This document shows, piece by piece, positions 37,471 through 50,552 of a stretch of 64,000 bases of DNA. Each line of letters starts with the position of its first letter. The first letter of the stretch is position 1. The stretch comes from Antechinus flavipes (lineage: Eukaryota): the NCBI RefSeq assembly GCF_016432865.1, contig NC_067399.1, positions 70,184,001 to 70,248,000 of the forward strand. The letters run 5' to 3'. The position numbers and the translations under genes are program-made. The notes below the pieces were generated by a model. The model worked only from the letters and a program-made list of their open reading frames with translations, had not been told where the DNA came from and did no database searches.

Positions 37471-37660
37471 GTGAAGTAGAGGATATAGATAATTGGAGCG
37501 AAGAATGGGTAACTAGAAAAGGGAGATGTCTTTAAGCTATTGTTTTAACAGGAGCCTATGGATTCTAAAATGTGAGGAAGGAATGCATTCAAGATTCTGG
37601 GTACCACTTATACAAAAGGACGGAGGAAGAATATTAAAAGTGAGATTACTTGGTTTAAAA
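37240..37660 (-). mobile_element. L2 fragment containing (TA)n
   Basis: atttaacaaacattcaagc...ctgtaccctgaagaagcatatattcta; TA run at about 37420-37470. Confidence 0.6.
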
Positions 37661-37661
37661 A

Positions 37662-38005
37662 AAACCTTTTTTTTTTTAAATTTTCAAAACATATGCATAG
37701 ATAGTTTTCAACATTCACCCATGCAAAATCTTGTGTTCCAATTTTTTTCTCCCTGCCCCCTCCCCCAGATAGCAAGTAATCCAATATATGTTAAACATCT
37801 CATCTTCTATACATATTTCCACAATTATGATGCACAAGAAAAATCATATGAAAAAGGAAAAAAAATGAGAAAGAAAACAAAATGCAAATATATAACAACA
37901 GCAATAAAAAATATTATGTTGTTATCTGCACTCAGTCTCTACAGTCTTCTGTCTCAGTGCAGATGGCTCTCTCCATCACAAGACCATTGGAACTGGCCTG
38001 AATCC
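37662..38005 (-). mobile_element. L1 3' UTR fragment
   Basis: ttttcaaaacatatgcatagatagttttcaacattcacccatgcaaaatcttgtgttcc. Confidence 0.85.
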
Positions 38006-39279
38006 AGTGAAGTTACTTGCTGAAAAAGGAAGGTTAGGGTATGATCCGAGGACAAAAAGAACAAATCTAAGGCTAAATAAAGTGTGGAATTGCCACCCTC
38101 ATCACTAGAGGATCATTGATATCTTTTATTTCTCAGCCAGAAGTTTTGCCCATTTAATCATTATTCTGAAATATGATTGATATAGAGCAAAATGTGACCT
38201 GTGAATGTGACCTGAAATAATTATCATATTCAGAAACATGGGAATCAGAGGAATTTGTATAAAAATATGTACATTCAAGTATTTATGATCAAATTGGTTG
38301 GATTTTTGTATGTGTCTTTGTTTGAATAAATAACTTCAAAATATGGCTCCTTAAGAAATTACTTGTGTCACACTGGATATATTCAAACATATGCATGCAT
38401 ATACATGCATATACATTCATACATATGTTTACCACCAATATATTGGGTGAACCACTTGTGGCTAATTTATGGAAGCAAAGAGGCAGTAATAGTATAGATG
38501 GATAGATGTTGATATGTTGTGATATAAATAATTAGAGAGAATATCACAATAGAAGAGGTTGTAGATCCATCTGATAGTATCACTATAACTGATAGACAAG
38601 AACATAGGGCCAAATCAAAATGGATTTCAAAAATGATAAATGCAAATCTTGTTTTTTTGATTCAAAAATAATGTTCACAAGTACATGAGGAAAAAAATAC
38701 AGGTTAACTGAAAAAGATATGTGGGAAAGGGGAGATCTAGGGTAGACTGAAAGCTTAGAGTATTAGATAATATTAGTACTGGTAGTAGTAGTTGCAATTG
38801 TAGCAGCAGTAGTAGTAACAGTTATAGTAGTAGTAATGATAAAGTAGATGACAATTACTTTACATGGGTTATGTCACTTATTTCTCACAATAGCCCTGCT
38901 AGGTAGCTGATATTATTGTCCTAATTTTATAGATGAAGAAACTGAGGCAGACAGAGATCATGTATTCTTTACTACAATTCTGGTACTCCATTCATTTTAC
39001 ACTTAGCTTTCTGGACATAACATTCTATGTGACCATGAACAAATTCATTAACTTCTCTGTCTCACAGTTTAGTCATCTGTTCAATAGAGATTATAATAGC
39101 TTTAGCATTTGCCTTGTGGTAAGGATTACATGGGAGTATATAGAGTTTCACATAATAAATTGCTTTGCAAACTTCTACAACAAATGTCAATTGTTATCAT
39201 TTGTATCAGTCCACAGTATGATGTCTTAGGCAAGAAAGCTAATGTGATGAAGAAAAGACTATATTGAGGATTAAAGCAG

Positions 39280-40690
39280 TAACAGCCCTATTGACTTGTT
39301 TTGATCAGAATATGTATAGAGTGTTGTGTTCAATTCTGGCTGCCACATTTTAGAAAGCATGTTGATGAACTAGAGAGTACAACAGGAGGAGGATGAAAAG
39401 AGATAGAAGGGTCTTAAGTTCATAATATATGAGTACTCATAAAAATCACCTAGTAAACATGTCAAAATGGATATTCCAGAGATGTCTTAAACTTAATGTG
39501 ACTAAAATAGAACTTTTTTTTTAAACAAAACTCACTTCTTCCAAGCATCCTTACTTCTGTTGAAAGCACTCATTCTATGTTCTGCAAGGTTTGGAACCTG
39601 AGTCTTCTTTATCAATGCTTCCTCAGTCTCCCTCCCCCACATATCCAATCTTTTGTCAAATAAGGCCATTTCTAACAACACCTTTCTCACATCTGTTTCC
39701 TTCACACAGCTATCATTTTAGTTCAGATTTTTATTGCCTCTTACTTAAATTACTGCAACAGCTTCCCAATTGGTTTCCTTTTCTCAAATCTCTCATTAAA
39801 CCAATCCATGCTACTTCTACTGCTGTCAAAGTAATATTCCTTAAGCACACATCTGATCATATGATCCCACACATCTCCCAATAAACTCTTATTGTCTTTA
39901 AGATAAAATATCAACTTCATTCTTTAATTCAAGGATTCATGTCTCCTTTCCCAAACTAATCTTTCTGATTTCAATGGGCATTACCTTTCCCCTTTCCCAT
40001 TTTATAATCCATCTATGTGGCTTTATCTGATTTCCACCCATGATATTATATCTCCCTGCCTTTTTGCTATCTATCCCACATGTAATAAATTCACTTCTGA
40101 CTTACCTATACCTCAGAGATTTTTTCTTTTCTTTTCAAGATGTCACTTAAGCTGCTAGAGCCTTCTCTCCCAAACTCCTTTTTTACTTAACATTTTGGGG
40201 TATAATCATAATTTACACTTTGCATTTTAATATGTACTTGTAGAAGAATTCAAGCTCCATGCAAGTAAGAACACTTGTGCTTTTTTTTTTTTTAAACTGG
40301 TATCTCCAGTCCCTAGCAATTTCCTGGCATATAGCTGGTCTTTAATAAATATTGATTGATTGGCTGAAAGAACTGGGCATATTTAGCCTCATGAATTAGA
40401 TCAGAATTAAGGTGAGATGTGATAGCTGCATTCAATTGTTTGAAATGCTGTCACCTGAAGGAGGAATTCTATTTATTCTGTTTGGCCCTAGAAATTGTAA
40501 ATGTAAAGAAAAACTTCTTAAGAATTGAGATATGCAAAAATGGAATAAGTCTCTAATGAGTGAATGGATTATCCCATTCTCACCAGAGGTTTTTGAGTAA
40601 AGATTTTAGAAACATTTGTTGAGCATAATAGAAGATATTTTTCCTCAGACACACAGGTTACTTCTGACTCTGGACATTCTTAGCCTCTGA
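39280..40690 (+). mobile_element. L3/CR1 fragment interrupted by L2
   Basis: gtgttcaattctggctgccacatttt...catatatgag, resuming gattggctgaaagaactgggcatatttagcc at about 40358. Confidence 0.65.
39440..40360 (+). mobile_element. L2 LINE, about 0.9 kb
   Basis: aaacttaatgtgactaaaatagaact...ctgcaacagcttcccaattgg...cctggcatatagctggtctttaataaatattgattga. Confidence 0.8.
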
Positions 40691-41067
40691 CTACATACTT
40701 CTAAGATTAATTAACTTCTGAGTCCCTTTTCCAACTCCACCATTCTCTTATTCCATGATTAAATAAGCACCGAATTCAAGATTTTGCTTTAACACACTAC
40801 CCACTAACCATATAACTGGTCAAAATACAAATTCTTTGAGTCTCCCATTCCATCTTTTCAAATACAAAATACACATACAAAAATATTAATTTCCTATCTC
40901 ACAGAGTGGTGATATGTATTAAAACATTTGCAACAAATTATATATGAATTACAAAAAAGTTTGTGTGCTAGAATACTTCATGGAAACATTGACATAGATC
41001 AACATATAACAGGACACATAAACTGCCCTTTAAGAGATGAATGTGGAAGTAAATCAATAACTATTTT

Positions 41068-42527
41068 ATGAAGGTGGCCTAGCTGTACCTGATCTAAAAC
41101 TATATTATAAAGCAGCAGTCACCAAAACCATTTGGTATTGGCTAAGAAATGTATTAGTTGATCAATGGAATAGGTTAGGTTCACAAGACAAAATAGTCAA
41201 CTATAGCAATCTAGTGTTTGACAAACCCAAAGATCCTAACTTTTGGGATAAGAATTCATTATTTGATAAAAACTGCTGGGATAACTGGAAATTAGTATGG
41301 CAGAAAATAGGCATGGACCCAAACTTAACACTGTACACCAAAATAAGATCATAAGAGTCCATGATTTAGGCATAAAGAATGAGATTATAAATAAATTAGA
41401 GGAACATAGGATAGTTTATCTCTCAGACTTGTGGAGGAGGAAGAAATTTGTGACCAAAGAGGAACTAGAGACCATTATTAATCAAAAATAGAAAAGTTTT
41501 TGATTTGATTACATCAAATTAAAAAGCCTTTGTACAAGCAAAACTAATGCAAACAAGATTAGAAGGGAAGCAACAAACTGGGAAAATATCTTCACAGTTA
41601 AAGGTTCTGATAAAGGCCTAATTTCCAAAATATATAGAGAATTGACTTTAACTTATAAGAAATCAAGCCATTCTCCAAATGATAAATGGTCAAAGGATAT
41701 GAACAGACAATTTTCAAATGATGAAATTGAAACTATTTCCATTCATATGAAAGACTGTTCCAAATTACTATTGATCAGAGAAAAGCAAATTAAAACAACT
41801 CTGAGATACCACTACACACTTGTCAGATTGGCTAAGATGACAGGAAAAAATAATGATGAATGTTGGAGGTGATGCGGGAAAACTGGGACACTGATGCATT
41901 GTTGGTGGAGTTGTGAACGAATCCAACCATTCTGGAGAGCAATTGCCCATCAATTGGAGAATGGCTGAGTAAACTGTGGTATATGAATGTTATGGAATAT
42001 TATTGTTCTGTAAGAAATGACCAGCAGGATGAATACAGAGAGGCTTGGAGAGACTTACATGAATTGATGTTAAGTGAAATGAGCAGAACCAGGAGATCAT
42101 TATATACTTGAACAAAGATACTATATGAGGATGTACTCTGATGGAAGTGGATTTCTTTGACAAAGAGATCTAACTCAGTTTCAATTGATTAATAATGGAC
42201 AGAAGCAGCAACACCCAAAGAAAGAACACTGGGAAATGAATGTAAACTGTTTACATTTTTGTTTTTCTTCCCAGGTTATTTTTTACCTTCTGAATCCAAT
42301 TCTTCCTGTGCAGCAAGAGAACTGTTCGGTTCTGCACACATATATTGTATCTAGGATATATGGTTACATATTCAACATGTATAGGATTGCTTGCCATCTG
42401 GGGAAGGGGGTGAAGGGAGGGAGAGGAAAAGTCAGAACAGAAGTGAGTGCAAGGGATAATGTTGTAAAAAAAATTACCCAGGCATGGGTTCTGTCAATAA
42501 AAAGCTATAATAATAATAATAATAATG
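41068..42527 (+). mobile_element. Young dasyurid-type L1, 5'-truncated (ORF2 C-terminus and 3' UTR)
   Basis: Near-intact reading segments (ORFs 41297, 41642), CWR*CGKTGTLMHCWWSC knuckle, ends tcaataaaaagctat(aat)n; internal deletion at about 41945. Confidence 0.95.
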
Positions 42528-44733
42528 AAGATACTATCTCAATTGATTTTAATAACAATCCTATGAAGTGAACAAGAATAGTAGTATTTTCCTTATTTTA
42601 CATAAGAGGAAATGGAGGTTCAAAATAATTAAATATTTGTTCAAGCTTTGTTATACTTTGTCAGAACTTTGTTAGTACGTGTTGATAACAGGAATGAAAA
42701 CAAGATGGTTCAATGTCTTTTGTTTCTCTCATGATAGGGAAATTTATTATTTGTAATCTACAGAGAAAAAAAAAGTTTAAGTGAAGTAAATTGATTTTCC
42801 CAGAGTCATCTATGATTCAGATCCAAGCTTTTAGACCTCAATTTTTATCTTTCACAAGTGAAAAAGGAAAAGACCATCCTAGTTATCTTTTTCTCCTTCA
42901 TTCCTCACACAGGGCTGATTTGTGTTGACTTTCTAGGCCCTGCAGGGGAATAAAATCCAGCCTGTTTGGTACCAGTTGTGCCTATATAGTCAACTCTCAC
43001 CTCTACTTAAATCCACTCACTTTTTTCAAATAAATATCCAGTGTGTTAAAAATATATTTTATAACCCACCTATTTTCCTCTGAGTGCTATCATTACTGGC
43101 CAATTTCTTTCAAAGTGCTTCCTAAAAAACATTACCACCTCACTAATAGGGCTCTTCCCATCAACAACTGAAATCCCATGCTAGCTATTTATCACTGACA
43201 TAAACATATACTGAGTATGAACTTTGTTGAAGTCTATTCTTAATTCACTAAAATGACTACAGTACACGTTTCCATAGTCCCTTATTCATAGATTTTCTTT
43301 TTAGATAAGAATGACTAATAGTTCTTTTTCAGAATAACTCCCTTCTGTCTGACCCATTTTAAAATTAACATTTTATCCATTCACCCCTGCCTTCCATCTA
43401 CCTTTTCCCAACTCTTACCATTATCATCCTCATAGTAGCTAGCATTTACAATTCAATTTAAGGCTTACAAATGTTATCTCATTTGATAGTCACCACAATT
43501 AAGTTGATGCTACTGTTGCCTATATTTTATAAATATGGAAACTGAGACTAAAAACATCTGTGACTTACTAAGAATTAATGTAGCTAGTGAGATTCCAGGT
43601 CTTTCAAACTCAAGTTTTCCTGATTTCAAGTTCAATAGTCTTCCTTCTGTGTCACCTCACTACTTAATTGTAATAATGCCACTTTATTTAAACTTCAATT
43701 TTATTCACTTTAAGTTTTATGAACTCTAAAAGCAAAAATAAAGGCAATCGTGATTATCTCAATAGATACAGAAAAAAAGCTTTTGAGAAAATACAGTATT
43801 CATTCCTATTAGGAAAAAAAATGCTAGAAAACATAGGAGTAAATGGAGCTTTCCTTAAAATAAATAATATTTATCTAAAACTATCAGTAAACATTATCAT
43901 TAACAAGAATAATCTAGAAACCTTCTTAATCAGGTAAGAAGTAAAGCAAAGAGTCCCATTACTACCACCATTATTCAATATTGTACTAGAAAAACTAGAT
44001 TTAACAATAAGAGAAGAAAAACTCACTGAAAGATTTTGAAAAGACAATAACAAAACAAAACTATCACTCTTTGCAGATAGCATCACGGTACATCGAGGGA
44101 GTCCGAGAGAAATGATTTAAAAATTAGTTGAAATAATTAACATCATCAAAGTTTCAGCATATGAAATAAATCATTAGAATTTTTATCCATTATCAACAAA
44201 GTCCAACAGGACTCTTCCAACAAGGAGAGATAGAAAGAGAAATTCCATTTAAAATAACAATAGACAATATTAAATACTTGGGAGACTATTTGCCAAGACA
44301 AACTCAGAGATCTTATGAACACTATTACAAATCACTTTTCAAATAAATAAAGTCAAATCTAAACAATTAGAGAAATATTAGTAGCTCATGGCCAGATAGT
44401 ATAACAAAAATTATAATTCTACCTAAATCAATTTATTTATTCAGTGCCATATCAATCAAACTACTAAAATATTATTTTGGAGGACTATAAAATATAGTAA
44501 CAAAATTCATCCGGAAGAAGAAAAAGACAAGAATATTAAAAGAATGAATGAAAACAGAAATGTGAAAGAAAGTTGCCTAGCAGCACAGCATCACAAATTG
44601 TATTACAACAAAGTAAACACCAAAACAATCTGGTACTGGCTAAGAAATAAAGAACTATATCAATGAAACAGATTAGGTATACAATGCGCAATATTGGATG
44701 ACCATAGCAATGTAGCATTTGGACAAGAGCTAT

Positions 44734-45166
44734 TGTTGTGCCATAGTTCCCTTTTATTGTCCTCATTCAGTTTCCCTAATTGTCCTGACTCAGTTCCTAA
44801 TTGTTCTGTTCAATCCTGTAACACCACCCTTCTTTCTTAATCTCAGAATGTTGATAGGATAAAGATCTTATAACATCAAATACCTCTCCATCTCCTGTGC
44901 CTCTTCCCATTATGCCATCCCAATTTATCAGAACCTCCATTTCTGCTCTCAGGGCTCTAACTCCGCCCCTGTTTACCCCTGTAGCTGAGCCATGTGTTTA
45001 TATGTCATTGAGAACTCACTTTGGGTGCTGGATTCTTGGAGACAATAGTCTCATTCATCCTGGGACCAAACCATAGATCCATTTGGTCCCAGTATATCTC
45101 TCCCTTTCAAATAAAACATTAAAAACTCTCTAATCTCTATCTTGCCTCAGTTTTTCTGGCAATACA
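44734..45166 (+). mobile_element. Solo LTR (433 bp), ERV1-like by TSD length
   Basis: Termini TGTTGTGCC...GGCAATACA; 4-bp TSD ctat at 44730-44733 and 45167-45170; GC box ctccgcccct at about 44962; aataaa at about 45110. Confidence 0.85.
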
Positions 45167-45373
45167 CTATTTGACAAAAATTGCTAGGAAAACTAGAAAG
45201 TAATTTAGCAGAAAGTAAGTTTATAAGGTCAAAATGGGTATATAATTTAGACAGAAGGGGTAATATCATAAGCAAATTAGGGAAGAATGGAATATTTTAC
45301 TCAATAAATCTATAAGTAAGAAATTTGTTTATTATATTAAGAAATTAATTTATAAAATTAATATTTTATTATA

Positions 45374-45825
45374 TTATATAATTGTAGATAGGTTTAATTT
45401 CTTCTTCTGGAAACTATTTGTAACTTTTAGTTTTCAAATTGGAGAACGACTAGTAATCTGATAAATTTGACTAAGTCCTCTACATATTTGAAAAATGAAA
45501 TCTTTATCAAAGAATAGAGATATAAAATAAATAATATTTTATAAATAAAATAAAAATAAAAGATAGCATTGCAGAACATAAAACAGATAATTTTTTTAAA
45601 TTAAAAAGGTTTGTACAAATAAAACCAGCACAGTCAAGATTAGAAGGAAAACTAGAACCTGAAAAAAATTATTTTATAGCACATTTCTTTGATAAAGATT
45701 TCATTTTTCAAATATGTAGAAGACTTAGTCTAATTTATCAGATTACTAGTTGTTCTCCAATTTGAAAACTAAAAGTTACAAATAGTTTCCAGAAGAAGAA
45801 ATTAAACCTATCTACAATTATATAA
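45374..45825. repeat. 141-bp inverted repeat (arms 45374-45514 and 45685-45825), 170-bp spacer
   Basis: Base-by-base comparison gives 138/141 identity. Confidence 0.95.
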
Positions 45826-47304
45826 AAAAGATACTGTAAATCATTGATTAGAGAATCACAAATTAAAGCAGATCTGAGTTAATTCCTCATACTTATTAGA
45901 TTAACTAATTTGATAGAAAAGGAAAAGCCAAAAAAAGAAAAAAAGGGAAAAAAGAAAAGAAAAATGACAAATGTTGGAGGGCATGTGGAAAAAATTGAGA
46001 CACTGATGTTCTCTTGGTAAAATTGTAAATGAACAGTAATTTTAAACTATGTCCCATAGGCCTGTAAAACCCTGCATATCTTTTGACTCAGCAATATCAT
46101 TGGGTTTCCGAAAATGTAGAAAGACATATGAACTGATACAAAATAAAGTGAGTTGAACAAGGAGAACAATGAACATAGTAACAGCAATATTACATGATGA
46201 CAATTGGATCTTGACAATATAACAATATAAGATAATTCTGAATGACTTATGAGCAATGATATTTACCTCCAGAGAAAGAACTTACAGTCTGAATGCAGAT
46301 TGAACTATTCTTTTTTTTTTCTTTTTCATTTTTTTATCTATTTTCTTTCATAACATGATACTAATGTAGAAATATGTTTTGCATAGCTACATTGTACAAA
46401 GTTCTTATCCCCTTAAGGAAGGGAGAGAAAGAGATTTTGGAACTCTTTAAAAAATGTTAATTGTGTTATTACACAAAATTTATTTAATTGTTAATAATGC
46501 TATTACACAAAATTGAAAAACTATACAAAATTTCACCTACCATGAATCCTTTTATAAAATCTCACTTGTTCTTAACCACAAGATTATATAACAGGTACTT
46601 TGTTATATTTCACAGATTTGGGAACAGAAACATATAATATTGAATGACATAGTTACAAGCCACATTTGAGTGGAGTTTCACACCCACTAAAGTCTTCATG
46701 ACTTTAGATCCACTATAGCATCTTCAATAAGACATTGCCTTTTTCAACTAATGATTACAAGTAGCCCTCTGTTACAGAAAATTTTAGCAAACCCTGTCAC
46801 CTGAACAACCTAAAAACCAGAATACCTTTCAATGTTCTCTTTTCCCCTGGCAAAGATACCATTGAAAAAAGGAAATGGGGCAGAAATCACTGTCAAGAAA
46901 GATGCTTATAGCTGACTCTGTGACACATTCATTCTCTATGTTCCATATCTTATACAATTTGACAGCATAGGCTGTATCAGCAAACAAGACCTAGGTAGCT
47001 GAGAGTGCTCAAGATACAAGAAAAACACAACCTCAGAAATAATATAGTAAGTATAGTAAGAAAAGCACAGTACTAGGATTTAGGAAAGCCAAGTGGAGGC
47101 TCTGGGTTTGGCCTTGTCTTGCTGAAAGATCTTGGATAAACTACTTTCCTTCTCTATAACTTTTTTTTTTTTTTTTGTAAAATGATAAGATTGGAAGAGA
47201 TCATCTGAAGTTCTCTTCTCTTTCTAGCATTCTATAGCACACAGAAGAAAAATACCCAGAAAGAATCAATAAAGAAACGTAAATGATGAGGAAAGAAACA
47301 TAAA

Positions 47305-48013
47305 TGATGAGGAAAGGATAGCAAGTCTTAGTTTGAAATAAACATATGACAAATTCACAATGGCAAATCTCTTTGCCAAAAGGGATATTTATTTAGGAGA
47401 AAAGGTTACAGATAAAATGATAAGGTAAAATAGGTATCAGGAATGAAAAATATGGAATAGATTTGAGAGAAAAATAGGGTTACCAAAGAAAGAAGTTTGA
47501 TCCATTAACAGAATATATCATGAGGCCTGAGTACTCCATGGATTGACAGATTAAATCCATAGAGGAGTTTAACATAATAATCAGAGTTAACTACAGGAAG
47601 GAGAAAGATATCATTAAAAAGTAGACACTATTTATTAGGAAGAGAGAGTACCTTATAGTAGGCTTAGTCCTGAAAAGGACTTAGTAAAGATCTTCTTCGG
47701 GAGCATAATTTTTATAGGGGAAATATAACTTTGGGAGTTTCCCAGGGGAGGAGGGCAAGTACCAGAGTAGAATTTGGTAAGTCAGAGAGAGGAATCAAGA
47801 TGGAACAAAATAGAATGCACTTTGCAGAGCAGGTCCTAGACCTGTTTAAAAATATGCTAATCAGTCTCTCAAAATTTGTTCAAAGATGGCTATTTTTTTT
47901 GGAGGGATGGACAATAAAAACTGATAGCATTCCAGTTTTACAATTACTCTATATAAACAAGATAGTCTGGGACTTGAAGGTATGACTGATAATAGTCAGG
48001 CTTCTTCCTGACA
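47305..48013 (-). mobile_element. Putative solo LTR, about 0.7 kb
   Basis: Minus strand starts TGTCAGGAAG and ends CCTCATCA; TATA (cccctataaaaa) lies upstream of AATAAA; TSD not found. Confidence 0.45.
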
Positions 48014-48779
48014 AGAGAAGAGAATAAATTCAAACTCTACATCATAAGGAAGTCTTACATGTATCCTCTCTGAAACTTTCAAAATAGAGCTAGATACCCA
48101 TTTTATGATAAGGTTGTACATTAAAATGCACAGTGCTAGCCTTCTCTCTCATTTTATGTACTGTCTATAGATACTGCTTCCTTCCCCATACCTGCCCCTC
48201 CATCTGATAATTACCAATGCCTTCTTCAAGGCTATAACATATAGTTGCTGTCTTAGCCCACATTACCTGCCCTCCCTTTCTCAGAGGGCATCATAAACCC
48301 AAAGTATTTCCTACATATTTTTGATAGCATGTTGCCTTCTGGCTCACATGGACCAGACTATGGGTTTAGTGTTAATACAGCTGTTTATATGTCCTCAATA
48401 TCACTACATTTTCATTTTGATTGATTTTTCCACTATACTTCTGAACTTTCTCTCTTGGAAATAAATCAGGCCTCTCACTGACCACTTGATCTTAAAGAAA
48501 ATACTTAGCATTTGATCTTAAAAGAAAATTGGATCCGTGATATGACTATTTCTAGTTAATATTGGGTAGTCAAAATTTTAAATATCTGCTTTCCTTAAAA
48601 TTCAGCAATTACACTAGCTTTTGGTAAGTGTAAATCCCAGACAGTCCTTTATTTAAATTTCCTGCATAAGATTGCAAATACTTATAATTAATAATTTTAA
48701 ATTAACAAATGAATAATATAAATACAACTTTTAAGACATGAAGAGAGTTAGATGGGAAAAGCCAAAATGGAATTTTAAA

Positions 48780-49090
48780 AATGATAAATGCAGTATATAA
48801 CAGGAAAGAAAACTATGCTCTTGTCTTAAAGTACAAAGTCTGACAAGGAAGATTTGGGAGACAGAAGGAGTGCATGAAGAAGAAATCTGAATATAAAAAG
48901 ATCTATTGAAAAGTCTGAGTGTTTTTAGCCTGGAGGTGGGAAAAACAAAGAGGGGATTAGAATTGTTTTCTAGGGCTCTAGAAGCAGTGAGTGGAATTTG
49001 TTGAAAAGTAAATTTTACTCCATGTCCGGGGGAAATATTGCTAACAAATCAACTTTCACTAAAATGAAATAGGCTTCCTTGTGAAGTAGA
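48780..49090 (+). mobile_element. L3/CR1 fragment
   Basis: gtgtttttagcctggaggtggg...atgaaataggcttccttgtgaagtag. Confidence 0.5.
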
Positions 49091-49439
49091 AAATATAAAA
49101 TAATAGTAGGCCCATTTTACAGATGAAAAAAAATGAACCTCAAGAGGTTAAATGACTCAAACCATTTCCAAAGCTCTGGGTTTAAAATCAATCAATTGGG
49201 CAAAATCAATAAACATTTAATTAAGTACCTGTGATCCAGGAACTTTGCTTAGCAATGTGGATACAAAAAGAGACAAGAGACAGTCTTTACACACTAATTG
49301 CTTACACTCTAAATTGGGAGACAATGTGCAAACAAATATATACAAATCAATTCTGGCTATAACACATCTGAGATGCACGATATAGTGAAGAAAGGGTACA
49401 AAATCTAGTCTCCTGATTTCAAGTGTGCAGTGCTCTGTA

Positions 49440-49716
49440 CCAGGGAATTTTAACCTGGGCACCATGGACTTAATAATAATAATAATAATAATAACTTAAT
49501 TTAAAATTTAATTAAATTTTAAAAATGAATTACAAATAAAAATGTTCCTCAACAAATTTTAATGTAATTAATATTAATGAATTTCAAAATGATTGGTTTC
49601 ATTTGTAATCTTATGTATTTTATTTTATGCATTTAAAAACATTGTTCTAAGACACAGTTCATATGCTTATTCAAACAGCCAAAAGAGTTTTGCCACAAAA
49701 GAGGTAAAGAAATTCT
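49440..49716. mobile_element. hAT-Charlie4-like MITE
   Basis: cagggaattttaacctggg ... attggtttcatttgtaatcttatgtattttattttatgcatttaaaaacatt ... ggtaaagaa. Confidence 0.7.
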
Positions 49717-50475
49717 ATTTAGTGCTTTTTAGTTACCCTTGCCCAGAAGATCTTAGATCAAAGTTCCCCAGATATTGGTTTGTGGATTTATTTTTTTCAG
49801 ACGGCAAAACATTTACTACCAAGAATTCTCACTACTTATAAATCATATAGACTTACAAACAGATAGTTCCGTCTCCCTTTTTGCTGCATTCTTTCTCATC
49901 TAGTTTCCCAGATATTTTTTCTTCTGATTTCCAGTGTCTGATTCCTGAATTATCTAGAGCCACAAGTGATTCTTGGTGTAATGTAAATAAAAAGTTTTCT
50001 TTAACTTACCCATTGGTAGTATGTGTATTTACATTTGGAAAATACTGTCTTAGAAAACCTACTATGTAGGAATCAGGAAAAAATGTGTGTTCCAGGGTTC
50101 ATAAATATACTGCTTTATTTACACATCCACACATATACAAAGATGTTATTATATAGATCTAAGCATACATCCATATAACTATTTCTATAGATCTCTGTGT
50201 GTGTGTTTGCTTATTTATTTACTTTCAATGAGACTCTGTCCATGCTGCAAGAACCTGAAGGATTCCACATCACAAACCCAACCAGAGAAAGTCACAATGG
50301 GAAAATAACAAAACAGTGATGGCACTGGAGGAAAAAAAAAAACAACACAACTTTTGAAGAGATTGATTGCCCCTTTTGTAGGTACTGTTGTAGATTTTTC
50401 CTCTTGCCAGACATATTGATGATGTGTGTGACTAACTGTGAGAACCGGGACAGGAGGAAGAAAGGGATGCATTAC

Positions 50476-50552
50476 CTTCCTGAATGAAGACATGATGACA
50501 ATTGTGTCAGACTTTTCAGTCCCTTAATCCCAGAGAGCCACTGAGCAACTGC
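50476..50552 (-). other. Candidate exon of an unidentified gene (5' UTR plus MSSFRK)
   Basis: atcATGTCTTCATTCAGGAAG|gtaatg; in-frame stop upstream of the ATG; repeat-free DNA; no protein family recognised. Confidence 0.2.

Larger units (their letters stand above)
43690..46450 (+). mobile_element. Older L1 (ORF2 RT to 3' UTR) with nested insertions
   Basis: IISID.EKAF.KIQ at about 43750, PLLPPLFNIVLE at about 43955, LFAD at about 44068, then C-terminal domain and 3' UTR. Confidence 0.9.
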
